Origin: a virus | Virus record (IMG/VR): IMGVR_UViG_3300031565_005154 | Length of the DNA stretch: 30,126 nucleotides | Direction: 5' to 3' (one strand) | Part shown: in pieces, positions 18,077 to 25,729 of the stretch | Layout of the letters: each line of letters begins with the position of its first letter | Position numbering within the stretch: the stretch's first letter is position 1 | The notes under the pieces: generated by a model | Database searches by the model: none | What the model was told of the DNA's origin: nothing | What the model saw: only the letters and a program-made list of their open reading frames with translations | Made by a program: the position numbers and the translations under genes

Positions 18077-19524
18077 TTGATTTTATACTCCAACTTAACA
18101 CCCTTGAATTCACCAGGACAAATTATAGCCAATTGATCCAATACCCTACCCCTTAAATCAACAGCAATGTCCAAAACAGTTTTTAACTCATTTGATTCTA
18201 TTGTTGTCGGTGTTCTATGTGGAAACACAAGTTTTAATAATCCCGATCCAATGCGCATCAATGATCGCTGATCTCTTTGACCCATTTTACCGAAATCTAC
18301 ATTTTGCAGTATGACGTTGGCATAATTACAATCCCTCATTCTGTGCATTATTTCTGACATATAATCAGCCGTAAACCCTACACCCTTTGCGAGATTAGAT
18401 TCTTTGATTGGTCCAATGCGCCATCCTGGTATAAACCCATGTATCCGGTCAAGGAACGCTCGATCTTGACTAACTGCTTGAGGAAGTGGAGAAAATAGAT
18501 TCCTATATCTTACAGCAACCTCTCTTTTGTCCCTATCGCAGCTAATATTACCCATAAAAGTGATAGAACAATCGGACGCAAATTCAGCCGTACCTCTGCC
18601 AAATTTTCCAGAATTCATAAAATCTTTCAGTAAATCTATCAAGTCGCCTTGCCCAGACCACTTATTCCCGCCACGACTATTGGTAAATTCATCGAAAGCA
18701 ACAACATCTCGATAACCTATCAAACCTAATTGGCGTCTCAACTTATCATAAAATAAAGATGCAACGGTAGTCTGTGATCCAGAAATTACAAATCCATAAC
18801 TACTCAAAGATTGATAAGCGAATGTTTTTCCTGTCATCGTGGCACCGAGTTCGACCATATTGACATTTTGCTCAATAAACGGAACCATCCTCACCATATA
18901 CAACCACTTCTCTTCTTCCGAAAGATAGGTTGGATCAAATCCTACACTATTAATCATCAGGTTAAGCCATTCATTGTCAGTAAATTGAGACCGACGACTA
19001 ATCCAGGTATCCAAATCTATACCAGTAATCTGCATTGGTTTGAATTCTGTTACTAAAAATGGATATAATCTTTTCCTCATGATGAAAGATTCATCGTACA
19101 CTATCTTGAACACCCCCCAGGCGCCTGCCGTCAATAGAGTCTCTCCATACTCGGCAATCAAATAATTATCTATACGAACATATTGATTACCTAGACAATT
19201 AACATCGACCCAATAAATGTCTTTACCTTCGTCATATCGACATCTGATACGACCAATAAGGGTATATTCTCCCCGTTCCCTAATGCAACTTTTTATAAAT
19301 TCTTTTTGATTAGAATCCATGAGATGATTTTTGAGTAACTGGCCAATGCGTTCAAGTCCTGGTGTCGGGTCTTTGGGGTCAACCATTTCTGCGATAAGAA
19401 AATCACCGACATATGAGGGTAATTTACGGAATTGTTCATTTAAGGAACCAAGGCTTTTGTCTGTTATTACCCCGTGTTCGGGGAAAATGGTGGTGACTTT
19501 CTGTTTGTTTTCAGTTTCAATCAT
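18073..19524 (-). CDS. brxL: BrxL-like AAA+ ATPase, short form without the Lon-like C-terminal domain
   Basis: R.QFT..EW..L.I.S.G..P, RMVPFIEQN.NMVELG...TGKT, ISG.QTTVA.LFY, DVVAFDE, LKDFM.SG.F.RG, AFLDRIHGFIPGW, GF..DY.SEI, RD....SGLLKL.FP. Confidence 0.88.
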   Translation of the reverse strand: MIETENKQKVTTIFPEHGVITDKSLGSLNEQFRKLPSYVGDFLIAEMVDPKDPTPGLERIGQLLKNHLMDSNQKEFIKSCIRERGEYTLIGRIRCRYDEGKDIYWVDVNCLGNQYVRIDNYLIAEYGETLLTAGAWGVFKIVYDESFIMRKRLYPFLVTEFKPMQITGIDLDTWISRRSQFTDNEWLNLMINSVGFDPTYLSEEEKWLYMVRMVPFIEQNVNMVELGATMTGKTFAYQSLSSYGFVISGSQTTVASLFYDKLRRQLGLIGYRDVVAFDEFTNSRGGNKWSGQGDLIDLLKDFMNSGKFGRGTAEFASDCSITFMGNISCDRDKREVAVRYRNLFSPLPQAVSQDRAFLDRIHGFIPGWRIGPIKESNLAKGVGFTADYMSEIMHRMRDCNYANVILQNVDFGKMGQRDQRSLMRIGSGLLKLVFPHRTPTTIESNELKTVLDIAVDLRGRVLDQLAIICPGEFKGVKLEYKIK

Positions 19525-19527
19525 TTA

Positions 19528-19773
19528 TTAACTCCATTTTGGCAATCTATCGTAAGCCTTTTCTCGACAAGAAGGACACGCCGATTGATCTCCAACATAG
19601 TACGGATAAAACTTATAAGGCTTACCACAAATTGGACATTCAACAGTCCTACCACCGATACCGCCCCCGGCCTTATTTTGACAATCACGACACGCAGATT
19701 GGTCCATAATAACATAATCGTAGAACATATACGGCTTACCACATATCGGGCACGCAACTATCCATTCGGACAT
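19528..19773 (-). CDS. Small protein of two tandem zinc ribbons
   Basis: Two copies of CPICGKPY.FY.Y...DQSAC..C..KA; start moved to ATG at 19773 after AAAGGAG. Confidence 0.75.
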   Translation of the reverse strand: MSEWIVACPICGKPYMFYDYVIMDQSACRDCQNKAGGGIGGRTVECPICGKPYKFYPYYVGDQSACPSCREKAYDRLPKWS

Positions 19774-19783
19774 TTTAGCTCCT

Positions 19784-20143
19784 TTATATATCAATCCCAA
19801 CATCAAATAACGCTTCTTCCAACAAACCAGTTCGTTTGAGTTGTTTCAGGACGATATTTCCTCCACCTAGCAGATATCTGGTAGCAAATTTTTCAGCATC
19901 CTTCTTTGCTAAGTGCAACGATTTTCTAACTGTTCCAAAAACAGATTGGCCATTATAGCGAGCACTGCCCTGATATCCAACACAATATGCCTTATGTTCA
20001 TAATGATTGGGATATTTAATACTAGGACGACAAGTAAGGGATATATTACCCAATACCGCTGAATAAGACTCTGCTGTTGTGATCACCCTATCATTTAGTT
20101 TTCGTACCGGTATATTTCTTTTTATCCACTTAACACCCTTCAT
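19784..20143 (-). CDS. Hypothetical protein (probable paralog of 24025..24366)
   Basis: 119-aa ORF; shares the G..RKS...A[KR][KR]DAEK.A...LL motif. Confidence 0.65.
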   Translation of the reverse strand: MKGVKWIKRNIPVRKLNDRVITTAESYSAVLGNISLTCRPSIKYPNHYEHKAYCVGYQGSARYNGQSVFGTVRKSLHLAKKDAEKFATRYLLGGGNIVLKQLKRTGLLEEALFDVGIDI

Positions 20144-20145
20144 GA

Positions 20146-20424
20146 CTACAACCCCTTAAAAGCGTCCAAAGCATCTGATCTTGTAACAACAGACTCCACC
20201 ACAGGCTCAGAAACCACCGTATTTAATTCTTTCGCAGCCGCTACGCGATTTTCCAGACAACTTAGGTGCGTTGCCCCTACTAGACCTGACGCAGCCTCAG
20301 AGTAGCTACAATCGCGTTCTCCGGGGCCGCAATAAACCATCTGATTGCCCCAAAATATTTGTTCCCCAGGGCTTATTTTTTGATGACAAATTAAACATTC
20401 CATTTGATTTATCTCCGCGCGCAC
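20146..20424 (-). CDS. Hypothetical zinc-binding protein
   Basis: CLIC...HLSC; start uncertain (GTG 20424 or ATG 20403 after GGAG). Confidence 0.6.
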   Translation of the reverse strand: MRAEINQMECLICHQKISPGEQIFWGNQMVYCGPGERDCSYSEAASGLVGATHLSCLENRVAAAKELNTVVSEPVVESVVTRSDALDAFKGL

Positions 20425-20742
20425 TGCTCAGATTTTGTTAAACTATCAGTTAACTCTTACTTGTTGGAATCTTCGATTTTGCTTCTGATGTCATATTACT
20501 GCGATTAGAATAATTCGCTGTTCTATCGTATTCTTTATAAATCATTGGAAATGTCAAGCTAGACAAAGAATATATATGGAGTAAACAAACCGAATGTTAA
20601 ACACCAGCGAATAATCACTATTGTTGAATGTTTCATGTGAAAAACAAGCGATTGAAAAAGTGATAGTCTTTATTAGTAAAGAGAGTACGAAATTAAATAA
20701 ATGTTCCAAAAAAGTTGAAAAAAGTTGAAAACATCTTTTATT
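20425..20742. promoter_or_regulatory. Largest intergenic region, AT-rich, probably regulatory
   Basis: About 320 bp with no long ORF; TTGACA on the minus strand at 20552-20557, a palindrome near 20629-20646, and a tandem repeat at 20708-20727. Confidence 0.4.
20708..20727. repeat. 10-bp tandem direct repeat (AAAAAAGTTG x2)
   Basis: Read directly from the sequence. Confidence 0.7.
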
Positions 20743-20979
20743 TTAAGCCTTATCTTTACTATTTGATGTTCTCGCAACAAATTTTGGCCAAAGAATTTTA
20801 ATGTTCGTTTTGTACCCAAGACGTTCTATGGTTCGCTTGGCTGCGCGTTTTGCGCCAGTTGGTGTCTTAGTGTGTCCTGTCATCCGGACTCTAAGAAAAG
20901 GAAAACAAAACCATTCCCACTTAATGGGATCAATACATTTAAGAAAAACCCATGCGTTGACTATTTTTTGTTTTTTCAT
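20743..20979 (-). CDS. Hypothetical basic protein
   Basis: 78-aa ORF with GGGGGA RBS. Confidence 0.55.
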   Translation of the reverse strand: MKKQKIVNAWVFLKCIDPIKWEWFCFPFLRVRMTGHTKTPTGAKRAAKRTIERLGYKTNIKILWPKFVARTSNSKDKA

Positions 20980-20990
20980 AATGTCCCCCG

Positions 20991-21506
20991 TTAGACAACA
21001 ACATTTTTTAACAGAGACTTCATCGCTTTGCGGTTTTTTACTGCGTCATCATGACTCATATTATCAATGATCAATTTTCCATCGAGATGGTCGATTTCAT
21101 GTTGCCATATTCTTGTCATTGCTGCGTCACCAACAAACATTACTGGTTTACAATTTACACCGGTGCCCGACAGAACAGATGATGTTGCTCTTGTTAAAGT
21201 GACGCTTACTCCTGGTATAGATAGACATCCTTCGGTTGATTCGACACACCCCTCTATTTCATTGAGGACTGGATTCCAAATGGCGTGGTTATTTACTGAA
21301 CGGCCACCGCCAATGTTACACACGAACATACGAATATTCAAACCTACCTGTGGCGCAGCAAGTCCTGCACCGTTATTTTTTCTCATAATATTGAACATCA
21401 TATTTGCTAGATCAAGTCTATCTTTACGTCTTTGTCCCTTCCCAAAATCAGGTACTGGTTCACACTTCTCCAGCAATGTAAGTGATGGATAAAAAATTAG
21501 TTCCAT
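20991..21506 (-). CDS. def: Peptide deformylase
   Basis: GAGLAAPQVG, EGCLSIPG and QHEIDHLDG motifs. Confidence 0.95.
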   Translation of the reverse strand: MELIFYPSLTLLEKCEPVPDFGKGQRRKDRLDLANMMFNIMRKNNGAGLAAPQVGLNIRMFVCNIGGGRSVNNHAIWNPVLNEIEGCVESTEGCLSIPGVSVTLTRATSSVLSGTGVNCKPVMFVGDAAMTRIWQHEIDHLDGKLIIDNMSHDDAVKNRKAMKSLLKNVVV

Positions 21507-21516
21507 TTTACTTCTC

Positions 21517-21771
21517 CTATGAACAACAAGATTTATGTAACAACATTACTTCATACCAAGCGTTAACACCAGACAGATTTGCGCGACGATAACTATCTAG
21601 CCAATCTCTGAAATCCTCGTCTGTACCTGTCTCTTTTGCGTCTGGCAACTCAAACTCTGTGACTGGGTCATAATATGACTGTCTGAATATGTCTGGTATT
21701 TCTCCGTGACAAACTTCTATGGTGGTTTCGTTAACGCGACATCTAAGAGTCCTCGGAATCAAATCGTTCAT
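21517..21771 (-). CDS. Hypothetical protein
   Basis: 84-aa ORF with AAGGA RBS. Confidence 0.55.
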   Translation of the reverse strand: MNDLIPRTLRCRVNETTIEVCHGEIPDIFRQSYYDPVTEFELPDAKETGTDEDFRDWLDSYRRANLSGVNAWYEVMLLHKSCCS

Positions 21772-21781
21772 TATTTTTTCC

Positions 21782-22003
21782 TTATTCCACAGTGCGTTCT
21801 ATTATAAATAGTTTCTTTTTCCAAGTTTCAGTTGCATCGTCATAATATTCTGGATTGTTCTTTTGTTGGCCACAGCATTTACATTTTATAGTTTCTGGCT
21901 GTGGTGTTCCTATAAAATCTTTAGCTTTTTGTTCATCAAAATAAACTTCTCTAACTCTGGTTCGTCCTTTTCCTTCACTTTGCATCATTATGAATACTTG
22001 CAT
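21782..22003 (-). CDS. Hypothetical protein
   Basis: 73-aa ORF, AAGGAG RBS, CKCCG. Confidence 0.6.
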   Translation of the reverse strand: MQVFIMMQSEGKGRTRVREVYFDEQKAKDFIGTPQPETIKCKCCGQQKNNPEYYDDATETWKKKLFIIERTVE

Positions 22004-22157
22004 TTTTTTTCTCCTTAGCTAATAGTGTACCAGTAATTCGTTTTGCTGCGCTTCCTATAAGTAGTCTATTTATTTGTCCGTGTATTCTAATAGTTTCTCG
22101 TAATGCCCCCACGACTATTCTGTGAATACGTTGTTTTTCAGTTTTCTTTTTCTCCAT
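21975..22157 (-). CDS. Hypothetical protein
   Basis: 60-aa ORF filling the gap between neighbours. Confidence 0.55.
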   Translation of the reverse strand: MEKKKTEKQRIHRIVVGALRETIRIHGQINRLLIGSAAKRITGTLLAKEKKNASIHNDAK

Positions 22158-22674
22158 TATTTTTTCTTTCTTTTTCTAAAAGTTCCCTGACTTTATCTAG
22201 CTCGTCATTAGTATGAACAACTCCACCAGAATTTATATCCAAATACCACCGAAGAACTTCTGTCCGCGTTTTTAGATTATTGATATGGAACGAAAGATGA
22301 ACATCAAATGGCTTGTCGGTAAAATCTGTTATGTATAAACCGCCAAAGACGGGAACTGTGCCAGACATAAAACCTAAGCAAGCATCAAGTCTTTGTTTCC
22401 CATCGACGAGTTCAAAAGGCCCATCATAAGATTTTTGCCATCCACAGCAATTAAAATAGAAATCTTTGGCTGAGGTTCCACCCTGAAGGATAAATTCCAT
22501 ATAACGTATTTTTTGTTCTGGTGTCCATACATGGGCTCTTTGAAAGTCTGGATTGATATTTAGAGGACAAAGTGTTTCTTCTTGATATCTACGGATGGTT
22601 CTAGGTAACATGTGAAGCAAATGATGAACAGAATAGTTGGCAAGACTCATTTGTGGTATGTTGGCGAATTTCAT
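22138..22674 (-). CDS. Stand-alone DUF262 (ParB/Srx-like, GmrS-type) domain protein
   Basis: PDFQRAHVW..EQK, ILQG, LVDGKQRL, YLDINSGG; start moved to ATG at 22674 after GGTGGAG. Confidence 0.8.
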   Translation of the reverse strand: MKFANIPQMSLANYSVHHLLHMLPRTIRRYQEETLCPLNINPDFQRAHVWTPEQKIRYMEFILQGGTSAKDFYFNCCGWQKSYDGPFELVDGKQRLDACLGFMSGTVPVFGGLYITDFTDKPFDVHLSFHINNLKTRTEVLRWYLDINSGGVVHTNDELDKVRELLEKERKNNGEKEN

Positions 22675-22708
22675 AAATACACTCCACCAAAAACATTCAC
22701 AGCAAACT

Positions 22709-22736
22709 AGTATACTAAAAACATACACATCGCCAA
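22709..22736 (-). promoter_or_regulatory. Candidate sigma70-type promoter TTGGCG-N16-TATACT
   Basis: Intergenic, about 35 bp upstream of the DUF262 start; the -10 box lies inside the palindrome TAGTATACTA. Confidence 0.4.
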
Positions 22737-22746
22737 GGCGCTACGC

Positions 22747-22962
22747 CTATAAATGAAGTGTGTCCTTGACTGATTCGATAATTTCCCTTTTGCCACGTTC
22801 TATGCCATACCTATATGCTACAAGAACCATTTTCCGTTCTTTCGGTGTGAATTTATAGCTTTTCTGGCAACTAGGACACCACCACTCTATTAGGGTGCAT
22901 GATCCTGGATCAAATGACATCCTGTGTCCCATCGGGCATTTTGAATATGTTCTGTTTGACAT
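22747..22962 (-). CDS. Hypothetical small zinc-binding protein
   Basis: CPMGH...CPSC; AGGAG RBS. Confidence 0.6.
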   Translation of the reverse strand: MSNRTYSKCPMGHRMSFDPGSCTLIEWWCPSCQKSYKFTPKERKMVLVAYRYGIERGKREIIESVKDTLHL

Positions 22963-22974
22963 CTCAATTTTCTC

Positions 22975-23289
22975 CTAGAATGGATTTGCTTTCTTTGAGG
23001 CTATACAGAAACCTATGATAAATGCCTTAACTTCCTCTAATGTGTTAAACGCGGCCACTGGACATAGATTAGAGGTACATGCTGAATGGTGGTCTTTGAT
23101 AGTATCGTGTGCTTTTGATTTTGAACCATATTTTTGGTGACCAATTATAAATTGGTAGCTAATGGTACGATCTGGATGTTTTGTACCGTCATGGTAAGCA
23201 GTAACATCATTTACATGTAGAAACAAACCAACACTCGTTGCTTTTAATTGAAGTTTTTCGAACTTACGAATAACCAATGAATCCCACAT
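22975..23289 (-). CDS. Hypothetical protein
   Basis: 104-aa ORF, AAGGAG RBS. Confidence 0.6.
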   Translation of the reverse strand: MWDSLVIRKFEKLQLKATSVGLFLHVNDVTAYHDGTKHPDRTISYQFIIGHQKYGSKSKAHDTIKDHHSACTSNLCPVAAFNTLEEVKAFIIGFCIASKKANPF

Positions 23290-23313
23290 TTGTTTCTCCT
23301 TTGACTAATCTTC

Positions 23314-23502
23314 CTACGGTTTGAAGGTCGTCCCGATACTCGGGTGTGATTCAATATCGTTGACTATCTTATTCTTTAGCCACGCTTCTAGGTCGTTCAG
23401 ATATTTTTTGGATACACGGGTCATTGGTGGTCCAGATCGTAATTCAGAGAATCGTATAAGTATAAATTTTTTCGTTGCTGATCTATTGAGTAGACTACTC
23501 AT
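23314..23502 (-). CDS. Small basic protein, candidate bacterial-type histone fold
   Basis: LLNRSATKKFI / RVS / long amphipathic helix / GTTFKP layout; TAATG coupling to the DUF2997 gene. Gene is likely real; fold is tentative. Confidence 0.5.
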   Translation of the reverse strand: MSSLLNRSATKKFILIRFSELRSGPPMTRVSKKYLNDLEAWLKNKIVNDIESHPSIGTTFKP

Positions 23503-23747
23503 TATCTTCCACCTCTCTGCATATTTCTATCTCTAACTATCGCTCTTTGACAATACTCGGGCTTGTCTGTTTGAGAGATACGTTCTCCAAGGGATTCTTC
23601 TATCTCTTCTATAAAATGAGAACACTCGGGGCCTATAAAATTTTTGCCCTCCACTAAACAATTGCCTTTTTCGTCGATGTCAATTATTACTTTTTTCTGT
23701 TGTACCATTCTGATCTCCTTATTCACTCCGTTCCTAGCTGTACTCAC
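23502..23747 (-). CDS. DUF2997-family protein
   Basis: VIIDIDEKGN..VE...F.G..C......IEE.LG......KPEY; true start probably ATG at 23708 after AAGGAG. Confidence 0.78.
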   Translation of the reverse strand: MSTARNGVNKEIRMVQQKKVIIDIDEKGNCLVEGKNFIGPECSHFIEEIEESLGERISQTDKPEYCQRAIVRDRNMQRGGR

Positions 23748-23768
23748 TAACTAAATTCTTTTTCTTAT

Positions 23769-24032
23769 CTATTTATGGTAATAAGGTCCATTTGGAGAAA
23801 AGTTTTCTATTTCCCATTCTATCGCCACCTCCCTATTTGGGTGCTCGTATAAAACTTCACCATCCAGAGAAGTGACCTGCCAACATTGTTTCGGTTCAGA
23901 AAACTCTACGTTGCTTGCTTTACGAATATTTGTTACTCGCCCGACAGCAAAGAGATCAATGTCATCAGTGTATAAACAATGCACGTCACCTGCTTCGTCT
24001 ATTTCTAAGATTGTTTTTTTCATGTCAGTCAT
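23769..24032 (-). CDS. Conserved hypothetical protein, probable partner of the DUF2997/DUF1257 module
   Basis: G.VHCLYTDDIDL..VG....RKASNVEF...W...R..AI.WE pattern, recalled from similar clusters (unverified). Confidence 0.6.
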   Translation of the reverse strand: MTDMKKTILEIDEAGDVHCLYTDDIDLFAVGRVTNIRKASNVEFSEPKQCWQVTSLDGEVLYEHPNREVAIEWEIENFSPNGPYYHK

Positions 24033-24366
24033 CCTTTATAATACCATATTGTTTTATAAGACTATCCGTGCCATCTCTTATATTAAGCAGTAATTCAATT
24101 GCTAATTTCTCCGCGTCTCTCCTGGCTTTCGCAACAGATTTTCTACTAGGGCCAATTAGTTTGCATGATACACCTCCACGCTGTATAATTATTCTGGGTT
24201 TTTCGCCTAGTGGTCTTTCTACTGGGTGTAACGATGCAGTGCCAATAAATACCTGTCTATTTGTTGTATAATCCTTTTCGCACCGGAGATATATGTCATT
24301 CCAGAATGCGTCCGATGCTTTACCATAACCGCATTGTTTCCATTTTTGTGTTAATTTGATTTTCAT
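24025..24366 (-). CDS. Hypothetical protein (probable paralog of 19784..20143)
   Basis: 113-aa ORF, AGGAG RBS, shared C-terminal motif. Confidence 0.65.
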   Translation of the reverse strand: MKIKLTQKWKQCGYGKASDAFWNDIYLRCEKDYTTNRQVFIGTASLHPVERPLGEKPRIIIQRGGVSCKLIGPSRKSVAKARRDAEKLAIELLLNIRDGTDSLIKQYGIIKDD

Positions 24367-24375
24367 TACTGACTC

Positions 24376-25341
24376 CTACACCAATATAAACTCACAGTTA
24401 GCACTGAAATTATTAACATTATTGAACCCAGCGTATGATATTCCGCTTCTCAATGCTCCACAATATCGCATAAGCAATTTTTCTAATGATTCGCCCATTT
24501 CAAGTAGAATGGTTTTACCTTCTGGACAATCATTATGGACACTACCTCTCCATTTTTCCTGGACTGCACGACTCGCCATGCCGGAGTATACCTTCTTTGT
24601 AACGCCATCTATATCCACAGTCGTTGCGGCACTTTCTGGGCAACGTGCAAAAATTTGCCCCGCCATAACTCCCGACGCTCCCGCTCCAATTGCCTTAACA
24701 AAGTCTGCCGGTTGCTTGATAGACCCATCCGATATAATTGGAATTCCCAATTGATGAGCGCGTTCTCTGAATTTCAATACTGCACTGAATTGTGGTTCAT
24801 AACATCCTGCGGTTACAGCGGTTTCGCACGGACTCCCACTTGCACAGCCGATTTTTAATCCATCAGCTATACCATCTATCTCGTCTAGCATATTGATGTT
24901 TATTGTGTTTCCAACCACGACTGTAACATGTGGATACATGTGTCTAATATGTTTGCACATATCCATTGCCGGGTCGCAATAGGCGTGTGCTATATCAATT
25001 ACTACCAAATTGACCCCATGTTTTATGAGCTTGTTTAGTAAAAAATGGTCACTTATACCAATGGAAGCAGCGACTACTGGACAGTTGGAAGCCAATTCCT
25101 TAACTTCTGCTAAATATTCTAGCTCATGAAATGCGCGATGCAAGACACCAATGGCTCCTAATTTATACAGTTGGGAGCAAAATCCTGCATTGGTGACAGA
25201 CGCCATATTGGCAGCAATTAATGGAATAGGTCTTATTATTCCTCTGATGATTTCAGATTCTATTATTACATCTGACCGTGATTTGCATATATTTTTTTTC
25301 TGTACCAGGGCTATATCGTTGAATCCATAACATTTTTTCAT
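24376..25341 (-). CDS. IMP dehydrogenase / GMP reductase family oxidoreductase, no CBS domains
   Basis: FNDIAL, PLIAANM, GAIGVLHR, IDIAH, GSPCET, IISDG, KAIGAGA..VMAG, Y.GMAS, PEG, LRSGISYAG. Confidence 0.88.
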   Translation of the reverse strand: MKKCYGFNDIALVQKKNICKSRSDVIIESEIIRGIIRPIPLIAANMASVTNAGFCSQLYKLGAIGVLHRAFHELEYLAEVKELASNCPVVAASIGISDHFLLNKLIKHGVNLVVIDIAHAYCDPAMDMCKHIRHMYPHVTVVVGNTININMLDEIDGIADGLKIGCASGSPCETAVTAGCYEPQFSAVLKFRERAHQLGIPIISDGSIKQPADFVKAIGAGASGVMAGQIFARCPESAATTVDIDGVTKKVYSGMASRAVQEKWRGSVHNDCPEGKTILLEMGESLEKLLMRYCGALRSGISYAGFNNVNNFSANCEFILV

Positions 25342-25354
25342 ATTGCAGTTTCCC

Positions 25355-25729
25355 CTATAATTCTATCCGCCGAACACATGAATGCTTCCGTTTTTCATTT
25401 GGCTTATTGATCGGTTTTGGTGACTCTATATGAATCTTACTAATATGATCACCACCGTTCGATGCAGTGACCATTTTGCACATGTCAAAGAATTGTTCGG
25501 GACGAATAAGATCAATCCCATTTTCACGGGCTTTTCGTGCTTTAGACGACACACTATTCGCATCAGCTATTACTAGTATTGTCGTCATATTAATTACAGA
25601 CTGAGTTACTGATGCACCCGCCTTATTCGCTATAGCCGCCATCTCTTTACGTGGCTTAGGGGCTTTCCCGGTAAAGCAGAATACGGCATTTTTTAGTACC
25701 CCAGTATCACTTAAGAATTGCAATGCCAT
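25355..25729 (-). CDS. Stand-alone BRCT-domain protein
   Basis: FCFTGK...R......GA.V..SV...T.ILV......SSK.RKA...GI..I..EQF; start moved to ATG at 25729 after GGAG. Confidence 0.82.
   Translation of the reverse strand: MALQFLSDTGVLKNAVFCFTGKAPKPRKEMAAIANKAGASVTQSVINMTTILVIADANSVSSKARKARENGIDLIRPEQFFDMCKMVTASNGGDHISKIHIESPKPINKPNEKRKHSCVRRIEL

Noticed and set aside
18073-19524. Complete BREX defence island or a Lon protease
   Set aside because: No other BREX genes are in the window, and the Lon-like domain is absent.
19521-19757. Alternative-frame 78-aa minus-strand ORF
   Set aside because: The overlapping zinc-ribbon frame has an RBS and a duplicated Cys motif, so it is the better call.
20450-20494. 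14-codon minus-strand ORF (MTSEAKSKIPTSKS) in the intergenic gap
   Set aside because: Too short, with no clear RBS or other support.
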